Made by a program: the position numbers and the translations under genes. Below are positions 25,761-39,128 of a stretch of 64,000 nucleotides of DNA, in pieces. The notes below the pieces were generated by a model. It was not told the origin of the DNA. It did no database searches and worked only from the letters and a program-made list of their open reading frames with translations. Origin of the DNA: Hydrolagus colliei (taxonomy: Eukaryota); the NCBI GenBank assembly GCA_035084275.1, contig CM068757.1, forward strand, positions 3,596,001 through 3,660,000. The letters run 5' to 3'. Numbering within the stretch: position 1 is the first letter of the stretch; each line of letters starts with the position of its first letter.

Positions 25761-28700
25761 AGATTATACATAAATACCATTACCTTTAATCCCATTGTTT
25801 TTACTCTCATTCCCAATTAGATATTTATCTCACCCTTATTGAAGGAGCCAATCACTTATTTTGTTGTGAATCTGTCGGAACTATCAGTTCCTTAAATTAC
25901 AATCTTTAATTGTCATTTGGGTTTAACTCTTAGGATATATTATCTATTCAGTCTTTAGAATAACAGTAAGATTTGCCACTCACATTGGATCAAGGTAGGT
26001 AACAAATAATCAGAACAATTGTCAGATCATCTGTGATTTGATGACCTGTTGCTATTTCTTCACAAGATAGACATAAATTTTCTGACCCTCCATCAAGTTC
26101 AGACACAATGCCGGACAATGAATTCTTCAAGAGGAAAACAAGGTTTACAAGGTTTACTATTTTCCCTTCGTCGCTTCTCAGCTCAATTCCTAAATGAGAT
26201 ATCACACAAATGGAGCATTAACGTCAATAAGATGTGGAAAGCGCTATATAAATGTAAGGATTATTATTATATTATTATTATTAACTCGGCAAATGAATAA
26301 ATAGAACTGTAGCTTGGGTGGTCCCCAGTGGATGGCTGAGAGGGGACAGAGTCATCAAAGAGAAGCTGGAACCTGATGCCCACACTTACGGAGAGAGGAA
26401 ATTCACTATATTTTCTCCAGATGGGTCATTCTCCCCTTCCTGTGACACACACTTGACTGACAAACTATGATGAAAAAAAATTGGGTGAGGGGGTAATCAG
26501 ACAGAGATAGGGCTTAAAAACAGCTGATTGATAATTAAACACTATTTCCCAACAAAGAGATAAATGACACCACTGACAGTCCTGTCTCATCAGCCAGCCT
26601 TCGTCCATTTTCATTCTCTCACCCTCAAGTCCTCGCCACCAGTTTTATCTTTTATCTATTGTTGGGCAGTTACAACTTGCATCACAAGCCCATCAGTTAT
26701 CAAAAAATAATAGCGTCTGAAAAGTTAGCTGTCAGTACAGTATTAAAAATCGCCTTCAACCCAAGAACGATGAACCATGATAGTAGCAAACTGTGCAATG
26801 CTCTCCTGTATGGGACAACCATCCAATAAAACCTCTCCTACCGACCAGGAGTTGCCATGTGAAAGTCACCAAATAGTGTCTCCAAGCAATGTGCTCTTCT
26901 CTGCATGGGCAATTTCAGAATCTCTGAGCATTCAAAGCACACAGAACTTTTCTCTCTGAGAATCATGTGGAGCTTTCCACGTTGCAATTAAGCACCACCA
27001 GTCTTGCCACCCGAGTGAAATTCGGGAGGCACGCGATCTTGTGAATGGAACCGAGAATTGTCACAGCAGCAAACACTGTTTTCTTCGCTCCACTCGTTTT
27101 AGGAGGAGAGGATTTTTTTTTTCCCCCCCACCCCGCCTCCCAAATAGGTGAAAACTTAGCTGTGATAATTTATTCAGAGTTAATAAATATTTATAATGTT
27201 ACTCCATTCACAATCTGTCTGGCATGTTACAACTAATTTACATTTAATTTCCCAAATTCTCCACTACTTTGCAACAGTAGGCTAAAATTACTTTTTACTC
27301 CTATGCTGAGGGTTTGGTACTTGATTGATAAATGCAACCAGATTAGCAAAACACCCTCCCCACCCCAGAAAAAAACACCTTGTTTAATTGTCATGATATC
27401 TTCGATTATGAAAATTGATCATGCAAACACAAAAAGGGATTCTTATCAGAAAACAATGCAAATTCAACCAAGTTGATTTCAACCAACCAACCTGACCTGA
27501 AGAGAAATCATTACTACGTGGAACAGACTACCAGGAAGGTGTTTTGTAAATTTTGTTATCAAATTCTTGAGAGAATGAGGTTGCCGTTTCAGAGGTAATA
27601 GGGAAGGATATTTCCTACTTTGGGATCAGCTTTAATAATCTACATGCTCCTTTGTGAATTATGTACAATATTTTTGCTGCGTGTTTATGATTGAACTGAA
27701 ATGAAATGTTAATTTTCTGTCTAACAAGTGGCCGCTCAGTTAAAAGAGAACAATCTGAGTATCACTTGCCTCCGGTATAACAGGTGATAAGTCAATAGAC
27801 AACCGTAGTAAGAGCTGGTTTTCTTTCCTTCAGAAGAGTGGCGCAAACAAAATTAGTTTCAATTCATTTCAGTTCTGTATTGCAAACTCTTCGCTAACAT
27901 TAGATATGACTATTTCATTCCTTCTGAACTCTTGCACATACTCAAGGCGGCTGCTAACACTTGGCGTGATTTTCAGCATAAAATAGACAGCTTTGCTCGG
28001 TTAAATTGACATCTAATGTATTGCTCTGCTGCAACTTCCCACTGTTACTCTAATTATATAACCACAGTGCTCATATGTCTAAATTGAAGCCAAGTGTAGC
28101 ATTAACAAAATCATGGATACACTCTTTGAATAATTATGTATCTAATGATAAAGAAGGATGTTAACATTTTAAAGACGACCTTAAACAGGTGACATGCAAA
28201 TGAATCGAAAAGGTTACAATACAGCATTAGCAGAATGATTGCGTTTTATTGCCTCAATTGGGAATGATTGGAATCACCAATAAAATGTTATTGTGTTGAA
28301 TTGTTGAACCTCATATAGACAAATAGGTGAGGCATGCACAGATGAAATCAGACACACAAAATTATAGCAATGTTACCGCCTTATCACGTTAACCAACAAG
28401 GAATATAAGATACACGGGACTGAAAATTACATTCCCTGCAGCCAACGTCTCTCATGCCGCTCAGTTGAATTCTTTGCCAAATAGCTCTTGAATAGTCTAA
28501 CCCAATCTGCCCTACTTCACATGTTCACCATTGGTTGTGTAAAATAATTAAGTTTGATATAATTGCTGAATGGCCTTCTTCTGTGCTGTAAACTTTGGTC
28601 GTCTTCCCTATCTCGTGTGCGTCTCCACCAACCACCCCCCTCATATGTCTCCCCCAACGCCCCCACCACCCTCCCTCATCCCCCCAGTAACCCATTCAAA

Positions 28701-29019
28701 TGTAAAGTTGACTGTAATTGCTCACATCTAGCACACACACATCGCACCCTAGGCTCTCTTCAAATGTTTGCATTTAAAAAGTTGATACGAATAAATCCGC
28801 AAAACAGATTCACATATAATTGCACCTAGCATTTGGGACCATTTTCAGAGCGAAATGGAATCTGCTTTTATGCGAAAAATTATGGTAAAGCAACTACAGA
28901 GCAAATGGTAATTTAATAATAAAAACAAGATATAATAAGGTGTGAGCGTGGGAGGAGTGGGTGAGCAAACACAATGTAATGGTTCTACAATTCATCATTT
29001 ACGAGTCGAATGCTTCACA

Positions 29020-29141
29020 TTTACAAATATACAGGCAATTCACCTTACAGTATACTCTGTGAAGTATTTTGAGACATCTAGAAGACGTGAAAAGCACCAT
29101 ATCAAATGCAAAGATTATTATTGTGATTATTATTATTATTA
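29020..29141 (+). mobile_element. SINE 3' fragment with (TTA)n
   Basis: CAAATATACAGGCAATTCACCTTACAGTATACTCTGTGAAG...TCAAATGCAAAGATTATTA. Confidence 0.9.
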
Positions 29142-30686
29142 TTCAAGCCAAGAGAATGCCAATCACTGAAGTGGGTTAAGGGAGCAAATCGCTGTTGGGC
29201 AAGGCATTCAACTTTGAATCTCTATTGATTTCCAGGAGACATTCAGACAACAGTCGCCCTGACTAATGGCAATGTTTTCTTTTATTGTGGCAAAATTGTG
29301 TTTAAAAGAACACCTCTCGCAGTGACCACCCAGTAGCAGTGCTCCTAAGACATTAATGAAATAAACTTGAACCTGCATTAAGGAGGCCACCTATTGAGAA
29401 AGACGACCTGAAAGTATTTCCAATAGTTATGATTACACATAGATTGCACAATAATTGTTCTGCCCTTCCAAGTATCACAACTACTCCTAGAGGTGTGTGA
29501 ATTTCAAATGGTATAAAATTGAGACACCAACACAGTAATGTAAAAACATGAGTCAGTGCCAGCCAGCTTCCACACAGGCTGCAAGCATGTGGTTTTACAG
29601 ATTGCAGAAATTAGATAGCTTTCTTTTCATACCCCCCACCCCACCAATCATTTTTTTTTGCACAAGCAGTTAAGGAGACATACATATTATCTTTGTCTCA
29701 ACTCCGAGTTTCAATAAAGCAATCCTCAAAACTCTCTCAAGGGAATAGAAAATCTGTCAAGTTTGGATTTGAAGGGGTTTTTTTCGGAATAAGAGGTAGT
29801 TTACTCCACCCAGGAAATGGAAAGTCTTTGATTCCAAGTGAATTCTACATTTGTAGAGTGCCTTTCGCGTCGGGAGTACATCCCAAGGCATTGGTCAGTC
29901 AGGGGTCAGGATCCTGGGATATTAGCAGACACATGAATAATAACCATGTCTGTGTCACAGACAACCAACGCATCAATCGAGATCAGCCCTTTGCCGATTA
30001 AGGAATCGGATTTCATTCTCAGGAGATGCATGTATTTCATCATGTATGTAATTTATGACTCCACAGCCCCTAGGGAAATGAGGGAGTTTCTATCCCTGTT
30101 CTATTTTGCTGTTGGGAACTGAAATAATGATCTACCACTGTGGCAAAGCGACTACGGTTTGGCTTAAATAAACATTTCGGCTATAAATTCGGATGTAACA
30201 TCATCTACAGAGATGGAGAGATGCGAGCAAGGGGAGACCTTGTCAACTTCGCTGATCCCTGGCAAGGGTTTATAGATCCCAGCTTTGGGAGAGCGGCATC
30301 TGAAATGGCGCCGGCTCACCAGCTACAACTAAGCCATAGGTTATGGCGTTACTCAATTTGGAAGGGCTGCAAAACTGAGCAGTAACGACTTACAGGCTAT
30401 GAAGTATTTGCAGACAATGGAGCACTGGCTGCATATATCCTGTGATGGAGGTTCTGCTCTGGAACACTGTCAGCTTCATTCACATCACAAGGGATCCTGA
30501 GAGCTTCTTAGCCAGACGCCGCTGTGTTTACTTGTTGGCTGGTCTTCTCCCAATCCTCAATGTGGTACATTGTGACCTAGTTCAGAGAAGATTGCCACCA
30601 GTTAGCGCGATTGCTGGCACCATCCTCATGGGTCCAGCACAATATTATTCCGGTGAAAGCCAATTTTCTAGGGTAATCATCAAGTC

Positions 30687-30789
30687 AGTAGTAGTTTCAC
30701 ATGAGAGTAGTAGTAAAAGTAGTAGTAAAAGTAGTAGTAGTAGTAAAAGTAGTAAAAGTAGTAGTAGTAAAAGTAGTTTCACATGAGAG
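30687..30789. repeat. (AGT)n/AAAAGT compound microsatellite flanked by an 18-bp direct repeat
   Basis: AGTAGTTTCACATGAGAG at 30690-30707 and 30772-30789. Confidence 0.9.
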
Positions 30790-32299
30790 ATATAACAAGT
30801 GATGGTGGAACCCTGTGGATGAAATATATTCAAACAACGAAGGAACTGTCACACATTACTTATGGTTTCATTACTTATCAGGTGTACTTTGAGAACATTA
30901 ACTGAAAATGTTTCTTATTAATGTATTTGGCACTACATATGTCATGCATTTGATATTAATGACACAAATCTGATGCATATTGGCCTGTGACAATGCCATT
31001 ATGATATTATTACTATGTGCCTGATTTATGCACAACAAGGAGCTTAATCTTCTCTTTTAAAAATATTAAATTACACAGGCAGAACATTTCAGGTTAGGTT
31101 GTTTCGACGGGAGAAAGAACTAATTCAGGAAGGGCCATCTAATATGTAATATTCTACGAATAATTTTACTCTATGCCCACCGTAAATTAAATAATGCGCT
31201 AACTACTGTAAAAAGAATCTGTTAGCTTCTCGATGCCTACGTCACACAGGCTATAAATGCAACACACTCACATCAATCACTGGACCTGCTCAGCATAAAA
31301 CAGAATTCTATTAAGATTAGGCAGCCAGTTTGACTCCAAATGATATCAAAGATATAAGCCGCTTTGAAATAGAACGACAACTTGCATTTATATACTGTAG
31401 TGACCTTTGCCCGGGATAGCATCAGGATATAATGATTACTAGCAGAACTCAAACTCACACTAGCCCTTGACTATGTATGCATTAGTCAACCTACCAAATT
31501 TGATACCATTGGCACTCACCTGGCTACTTAAATTTTCTTTAAAAGATTCCCACATTGTTACTCGAATTGTGATCTGATTTCGCCGGGGGAAGTTGATGAC
31601 GATATTTAACACCGTGTTAGTTAAATTTCAATCTTCGAATCCTAATCGCTCATCCCAGCAACAACACTGAAATCAATCTGGTATGTCTATGGGTGGGTAC
31701 AGTGACAAACAGAAGGCAAGTTTGATATCATCTTCCGCACTAGAAGGATGCTCTTCGGTCTGCACGCACCTCAAGATGCAGGATTTTAAACAAAACCAAT
31801 CCAATTGCAATTCATTGAGGCTCTTTCCATTAAATATAACAGAGTGTGTTCGTGTGTGTTTTTTCCCAAGATCCTAGGACTACCTTGTTTACTTGAGCAG
31901 AATTTTCAGTCAATACATCCACTTCTAAGAAGTCAGCCATATGGATTTGTACCCTGTTATTACACCACACAAGTGAACCGATAAAAAGACTAATCATCCT
32001 CCAATTATAAGTTTGCACAAGGTAATAAGAGTTAATGAATTTAGCTCTTGTGCAATTAGTTGAATGTTCTTTACATAAATGATTAAAAGAGTTTATTTTC
32101 CTCACCATCAAAGTATTTCATTAATTAGCTCACACCTAATATTTTTTTTAACATTAAAATATTCATCTGTAGTATCTCTGCTAATAGTTTCCATTTTCTT
32201 AGCATAAATATTAAGACTGGGAAGGAAAGGCTTAACATTTTCATTGGCCTTACATATTGTGCAGTCGACTGATTGTGCAGACCACTTTCTATGCAGTAC

Positions 32300-32540
32300 T
32301 TTTTACCCAATCTCCAGAAATGTTGTCACTGTGCCTCCCACACAAAAACGTGTTTCTGCACAAAAATGCCTTCAAAACATTGCTTGTCTAATCACTGCTC
32401 ACAGCTCATTCTTCCAATGCTGCAGATCATCCTCATTGCTCTTCTCTCTACTGCGTTTTTGGTCCTGATGTCACGGTGACCAGACCTGTTTGCAGTACTC
32501 TATATGTGGGCTGACCAGAACACTATACAGTCTGAATATG
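32300..32540 (-). mobile_element. Old CR1 ORF2 fragment
   Basis: Minus strand IFRLYSVLVSPHIEYCKQVWSP (CR1 motif LY..LVRPHLEYC.Q.WSP), then AVERRAMRMI. Confidence 0.8.
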
Positions 32541-33119
32541 AAATGAAAAGAGTATTATGAACGGGAATAAGGTGGATGGGAAAGTGGATTCACCTGAATG
32601 CATTAGTTCGGTCATCGAGTTGCTTCTGTGCTGTACAGTTTACTGTATGTAATTTTATGTAATTTCTTCCAGATTCATACTCAATGAGAAATGTGTAGAA
32701 CAATAGAACACTGCAGTTTGCAACAGGAGACAGAATTGTTCACTGATAAGTTTCAACCTCAGTTTCACTATTTATTAAAAGAAAATGTTTACAGCTGTGA
32801 GTCACAGTGTGGAACGAGGCACAGGGTGGGGTTTAATCAGAATGAAGTAAAACCACAAACTCCAATATACAGTATTTTATGAGACTGATCAGCAGGTATG
32901 GCTTGAATCTCATATTGAACTGATTTTTTCATAGAACAACCAATTAACACCTTTGAAAAACATCGCGTTTGGCAGACAGAATCAGAGAATCGGCAATGGG
33001 GGTGGGGGGTGGGGGGAGAGCAAAGAAGCAGCATTTTACATCAGGACTGAGTGGAAGGAGCTCAGAGATACTAACAGGGAACACTGCTGGTAAATAGAAA
33101 GACTAAGCTTGAATCTTGG

Positions 33120-33562
33120 CTGCCTTGGTACAGGAACCACAAACAGCTAAGAGCAATGGACATGATCCCCTGTGTTAGAGGAATGAACTATGAGCAATGA
33201 TAAGGTGAGCAAGGGCTTTCTAAAAAGGTACATAAAATCTTAAGTGGATTTGAGAAATTTTACCTCGAACAAAGCTTTGGGATGTACCAAGACTGCAGAG
33301 TACAAGGACACACACAATCAGGGTTACAAAGAATAAATTTCAGGACAGACACAACAAAGTACATTTTTTTTATTACCCCAGAGGGTAATAAATAACCGCA
33401 CCATGTTAATCGGGAAAAGGTGGTTGAGGCAAAGCTACTGGACTCGTTTTAAAAATAGCTTGATGCTGCAGTGACGGAGATGGTCGGGTAGATATTCTGG
33501 AAGAGATGAGATCAAATGGGCTGATGGGCCTTGTTGATTCAAACCGCTCTTGTGATCTTGTA
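33120..33562 (+). mobile_element. Old CR1 3' end
   Basis: Degenerate RAMDMIPCVRGMNYE, KILSGFEK, KVVEAK..FKNSLD; UTR AATGGGCTGATGGGCC; tail TCTTGTGATCTTGTA. Confidence 0.8.
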
Positions 33563-34070
33563 AATACAGTACTTACATGCCTTCTGTAGTCTGCAGCGTG
33601 GCAGTCGGTCAAACTTTGGCCTTTATAATCCAGCTGCACAGATGTCCAGAATGTTTAAAATAGCTGTAACATCATGCCACCACATTGGGATCTCCTGTTG
33701 GCTGCAGAAAAGAGTACATATTAAAGATTATCCAGTGAAACCCTGTGGCTGTGTTTACACTGCATTGGTAGTAGCCTCGGGGATGGCTTTCCACACTGTT
33801 ATGACTGCCAGGAAGAATTGATTTCATCCAAAAACTGAATCGCTATCTCACCCCAGAATTAATGTTGTTTAAACGTGCCTTTAATTCTCAGCCAAAGTGT
33901 GAAGCAAGGAATTGTCTAAAGGTCACTCGGGAGTAAATTGATACACCTGGATCGAAATACTCAGACGTGATTGTTCAAACAGCAATGGAAGAGACCTGTG
34001 TTTGAATACAGTTTGCAAATGTGAATAGATGTATGCTCTGGAACGCTATTTAACAGGGCACTTGTGCGCA

Positions 34071-34391
34071 TAATAATAATAAGAATCCTTGCATTTGATA
34101 TAGTGCTTTTCACGTCTTCTAGATGTCTCATAGCGCTTCACAGAATATCCTGTAAAGTGAATTGACTGTATATATGTGGCCGAAACGTGACAGCCAATTG
34201 CGCACAGCAGTGCCCCACAAACAGTCGTGGATTGAAATGACCGATTTTATTATTGTGTGTGTTTTTTTGGAGGGATTATTATTAGGTGTGTGTGAGGAAA
34301 CTTGCCCAAGGTTTGGCCCTGACTTGCCTGGATTCAAACACAGGTCTCATGCTTGTAAGGAGAGTCCTCTAACCACTGAGCTACAGGACTC
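34071..34391 (-). mobile_element. Full-length tRNA-derived SINE (young family)
   Basis: Head GTCCTGTAGCTCAGTGGTTAGAGGACTCTCCTTACAAGCATGAGACCTGTGTTTGAATCCAGG; body; tail ...GCACTATATCAAATGCAAGGATTCTTATTATTATTA. Confidence 0.93.
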
Positions 34392-34974
34392 CATAAAGGT
34401 GCAAGAGTGGTTGTGGCTGTAATGGCAGCTCCATTCTTACTATCTAGTGAAACCCTTACAGGTGCTTCTTGCCTGTCTAGAGATAACTTAATCCTCTGTT
34501 GAACTAGAACTGTTGCCTCGTCAAAGGGACAACACACGAAGAGACACTCAGCTTTACTGTAGTTACAGTCAATTGCAGTTCTATTCAGCAAACTAATAGC
34601 ATCAGTCCTGTCAATCAACAGGAACAAATGCTTGACCATTTTGAACTGATGCAGGAAATTGTGTTGGACGGAAGAACAGTGTTAGTGACGGGTCCAAGGC
34701 ATGGGTTAACTCCATCATGACAAGTGTGTTTTTAGTTGTAATGTAATATGTAATGAGCTATGACCTTTCACCTTCAAAGGGTTGACCTGGGTTCATTTGC
34801 AAACCGATCCCCTGAGTAAACTGACTATAAAAACTAAAAGGAGGAACAGTATCAGTGTTTTGCGTGCAGAGAATAGAACATTTTTTTATTGGGTATCTCC
34901 TTTGTTTTGATAGGATTCAAACCTGCAGAGCAGTTGCTCCAAACTTGACACGTTTATTATTGTTCGCTTTTCGG

Positions 34975-35500
34975 CCTTCCCAATTGCTTGTCGGCCTTCC
35001 GAATTCCTCCCTCCACAGGCTGCAGATCATCCAGAAATCTGTAACCCACGTCCTCTACTGCTCCAAGCTCCGTGATCCTAATCTCCCCCATTCTCGGCCG
35101 ACTCCCATCACCCAGAGGATTCAATTCAAGATCCTGAGTCCTCACCTTCAAAGCCCTCAATGGCCTTGCCCCACACTACCTCTACAATCTCCCAACCTGC
35201 CCGCTCCCTCCACTTAGCAGGCTCCAGCTTGCTTGTTGTCTCCTGCCCTACCGTTGGTGGGCTATTCTGCCCCTAACCTCCGGAAATTCCATCCTGCAGT
35301 CCCTCCACCTCACCCACTGCCTGGCCTCCTTCAAGTCCCGCCTCAAGACCCTCCTCTTCGACAGTCACCCCAAATCCCTTCCTTTCCCTCCGCCCTCCCG
35401 GATCCCGACCCCAGCTCAGATCTGAAACATTGACTGTCCAGCGCCTTGGAACGTCCTCCTGATGCGAAAGGCACTATAGAAATATAATGTTCTTGTTCTT
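34975..35500 (+). mobile_element. 5'-truncated L2 LINE (ORF2 end + 3' UTR)
   Basis: LLVGLPNSSLHRLQIIQKSVTHVL, PITQRIQFKIL, LTFKALNGLAPHYL, SFKSRLKTLLF; end CAGCGCCTTGGAACGTCC...GAAAGGCACTATAGAAAT. Confidence 0.92.
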
Positions 35501-35610
35501 AAAACAAAAACAGAAGTTGCTGGGGAAACTCAGCAGGTGAGGCAGCATCCATGGAGAAAGGAAAAAGAGTCAACGTTTCGGGTCTACAACCCTTCGTCAG
35601 AACTGGGGCT
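35500..35610 (-). mobile_element. Penelope-like element terminal-repeat (pLTR) fragment
   Basis: Minus strand AGTTCTGACGAAGGGTTGTAGACCCGAAACGTTGACTCTTTTTCCTTTCTCCATGGATGCTGCCTCACCTGCTGAGTTTCCCCAGCAACTTCTGTTTTTG resembles the abundant chondrichthyan Penelope repeat (recalled, not searched). Confidence 0.8.
35568..35604 (-). ncRNA. Minimal type I hammerhead ribozyme motif (Penelope type)
   Basis: AGUU-CUGACGA-A-GGGUU-GUA-GACCC-GAAA-CGUU-GACU: intact CUGANGA and GAAA cores, stem II GGGUU/GACCC, stem I AGUU/GACU, palindromic ACGU in place of stem III. Confidence 0.75.
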
Positions 35611-37538
35611 TGTTTGGAGGGAGAGGTTTCTGAAGGACGTTAAAGGGGGAGAGGCAGAACATGGAAGACAAAAGAGTGTGTTAACTGCTGGGTTGAATAT
35701 GTGTCAACTGCTTCAGGGGGAGAAACAGAAGGGGGTGGATTTCAATGAAACTGGGGAGAAGAGGTGTTTAGTGGTGATGGAATAAACAAAACACCAGAGA
35801 GACAGAGGGTGTCTGGAGTTATGATTGTGATGTGGGGGGGCGGGGGGGGAGGAACTCCTATGGCCTGAAATTTGATTTTGTGTTTTGTTGGTGTTGTTGT
35901 TCTTGTTGTTGTTGTTTTTCACTGGTTCACGATAGAATGTCAGTGTGTATTAACGTCCAGCCTACAAGGGCATTCAGAGATTAACAATATACCAGGTACC
36001 ACAGAAATGGATTCTCTGAAATGGATGCACTGCGTGGTGTAGTTTAACTTCTCAACGATTCACACCAGGAAGTAGAAAAAGCAAAGTCGTGTATTGGAAA
36101 GATTTTCTAAGTAACACTGCAAACCAACAACTGTGTGTGTATGTCTAGTGTGTGCGTGTTGGTGATGATTGAGGGAGTGGGGGGTGTTACCCTTAACAGT
36201 TGGGGGAAAGTTGGGGGAAAGAGAACAAGAGGAAGAGAAGGATATCGATGCTAAATGAACTTGCTTCCGCTGAGGACTTTACTTTCCTCTTCTGTTTTTC
36301 TTGTGTGGGTGGCAAGTTCTATTTTTTATTTGTGATATTTTCAGCAATTTAGCAATTTGAAAGATCTTTGCACCTTTTCATTATTCAGTCATAAAGGAAG
36401 CTGCACTCTGTGTTTCAACTGCAAGTCAGAATAGTGAAAGTTAAAGAGATGTTTTTGAACCCAGGAGTTTTCATTAACAACGCCAGACTCCGCTTTGGGC
36501 TTAGGAATAATCACCTTCAAGGCAGGAACAAATCTAATACTGTTAATGAATTAAATGGAGGAAATGACGAGCAAAAATTAAAAGACCGAGGCAGACAGCT
36601 ACAGCTTATTCTTCAATAAGTCACCTATGGTCTTGGCTGGTTACACGATTTAGTCATATTTGGTCATAAATTACCGATGAGCTAATTTGATCTGATTCTG
36701 ATACTTAAAAATAAGGTTCTTAAAATAACACAACTGTGTTTCTTCTGCAACCAAAGCAAACTATCATAATCCTAAAGGATGCACATTTAGTTACACAGCG
36801 AGCACAAACTGTGTGGATCGGGAAAGTTTGTTTTTTAATGGTCTGAGTCTTTTTATAGAAACAATATTATACTCTGTGCAGGTGGGAGCAGCAGTAAGAA
36901 TGTAGCATGGGATGAGAAAAGGGTCACTTGGCTTAAAATGGATCGTACAAAACCCTAAGCTGTTAATATTAGTATGCAGGGTCCTGCCTTAGCCATTATC
37001 CCCCGAGGGAAAGTTCTGCCTAAATACTGCCTCATCCTCCGAGGAACTCAAACAAACATTGATCCATCAGCTGAAAGCACATGTAGCTGCCAAATGCTCG
37101 TCTAAATCTGCACTATTTAAGCCCGGTGTCCATCAGTGGGCAGCCAACCAACCCATCCCCTCCTTCCTATAATTCAGCAGCACAGAAGCTGAGTATCATT
37201 GTCAACAAATATATGTTGATCTCAATCTGCGCTTATCCCTACTACCTCTCTCTATTCTACATGAGTAGATAGCTCTTTTTTCAAAAAATAAGCATTGAAT
37301 TGATGTGACATTGACTCTTATCTGTTGTGTGTGTGTTTTTTTTCTTTCTACAGCTTGTAAATGTTAGACCAATATTCTTTTCACTCGTCCAATCAAAGTC
37401 AAGTGGTCTGCTTACATCTACATCATCTGCCACTTGAACCGTGGGCCTCTTCACAAATGCTCCCCTAATCCAGTATGACGCTAAAGCTGCGTGAACATCT
37501 CCAACGCGCAATGCTCTCGGACTTGGAATCTTGCTTAC

Positions 37539-37637
37539 GTTTCTTCCCCAAACTGTCTTCAAATGCTTTCGTTTCCCTTTTGAAGGCAGGGTGCCCAGAA
37601 TTGCACTCAATCTTCCAAAGGTGTCTCGACCAGTGAC
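37539..37637 (-). other. Candidate 99-nt exon, product unknown
   Basis: Acceptor TTTCTTTCTTTTAATCTTCCACAG|G, donor AAC|GTAAGC; open in two frames; lies inside the longest ORF of the window; no homology recognised. Confidence 0.3.
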
Positions 37638-39115
37638 CTGTGGAAGATTAAAAGAAAGAAATCTCCTTTGGCTTTGGCTTATTGTCAAACAGAACAAATC
37701 ACAAGTAAGAAAAATGCTGAAGCCACACCTGAGCAGAGAAATCAAATTAAGAGAGGAAATTCTACAGTGCAAGTAATCCACTCCATGTAATTATGATTTA
37801 GAAAGTCCTCCTGAGAATCATGTCACTGATAGACTGTCAGTTCTTCACCAGTATCAGCTCTGGTAGCAACGCTGAGTTTCGCTGAAGCGATCTCATCTAA
37901 ACACCCAGAAACAAATGCATGTTTAATTCTCCTTTCGTTCTTTATTACTGTCATTATTTTCCTGCTGCCTACTGCCATAGCATACTAATAGCACTCGAGT
38001 GATCAAAAACAGCTTCATGGCTATGGGATTCAGCCATTAAGCGGGTCCGGACTTGATTACGCAAATCAAAATCATGTGTGTAAAAAAGAGGTGGTGCCAC
38101 TTCCTTTGCATTTGCAATAATAAATAGCGTGCTGTTGGCCTGGCCAGTTTGCGTGAGTAAAAGCTTTGAAATTAACTATACAATACAATACATTAGCCTG
38201 ACATTTATCCGAGTTTAAGTTCGTTGACTATATTTGAATGTCATTGAAGTATGGCCCTTGATTTTCTTTCCCCACACTAACATTTTAATGTACTGTAGTA
38301 CCTTCGCCTGATTCTTAACAAGCTAATATATACAGAAAGTGTGTGTAAAGATTCCGTGTGCAGACAGCTGAAATCCTGCTCACTGGCAACTATGGTGATA
38401 ATGAGGAAGCCGACACTGTTAATTCTGCTACCTATAATACCGCATAAAAGCGGCAAGTGACGCCGGGGCCTGGTCAGCTAACACTTACTGTCCAAGGTCA
38501 AACGTCGAAGAAATAAAGAGTAAAATAGCACGTGCAGCGGACAGTAAGGCTCCAACATAAAGCAAAAGAGACTAAAGGTAGAAAACTCAAGACATAAAAG
38601 TGGAAGGAAAGATGCAAATACTTTCAAGTGCAGTGACTGATTTTCAAGCAGACTGCAAATTACTGAACTTTAAAAGATCCGTCAGGAAAAATAAACTAAA
38701 ATGTCAATCCATAAAACATAAGCTTTTGATTTATCCCAAGGTATCCAAAACTCGTAAACTCCAATGTCTTTGCAATTCTTCCCATTGAAGCTGGTGGTTT
38801 GCCAGTAAATGGTACTCGTTTGTGTTTGTGAATCAAGGCAGGCAAAATCAAATTGCAAAGTAGAGAATAATGCAATGTGAATAAAGAGGTTTCCTGCTAG
38901 GATCAAGGAGCAATAATGGTGTTTAACGGGGGAGATTATTCCGTGTGAATCCAATGAATGCAAATGAAAACTCAAGTTCCTGAAATGTGAAAGCATTTGG
39001 TCATAAAGATTCATTAACAAGCATCTCATCCGTGCTTTTCATTATTCTACACACCTGAGAACATCTCTCTCCACAGGTTTCTTGGTGAGTTCAGAACTGA
39101 AATTTGGTTAAACCT

Positions 39116-39128
39116 CCAGCAGGTGGCA
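39116..39128 (+). promoter_or_regulatory. CTCF-like motif
   Basis: CCAGCAGGTGGCA matches the core consensus CCASYAGRKGGCR. Confidence 0.45.

Noticed and set aside
29320-29410. GACCACC/GGCCACCT motifs reminiscent of a pogo/Tc1-type MITE end
   Set aside because: No matching inverted terminus found; too degenerate to call
30442-30833. Poly-Leu and poly-Ser/Lys ORFs
   Set aside because: Translations of the (AGT)n microsatellite
37281-37781. Longest ORF (166 aa) as a single-exon gene
   Set aside because: Non-ATG start, no recognisable domain, and it runs through polypyrimidine and TG/T low-complexity tracts; only the internal 99-nt exon candidate is kept
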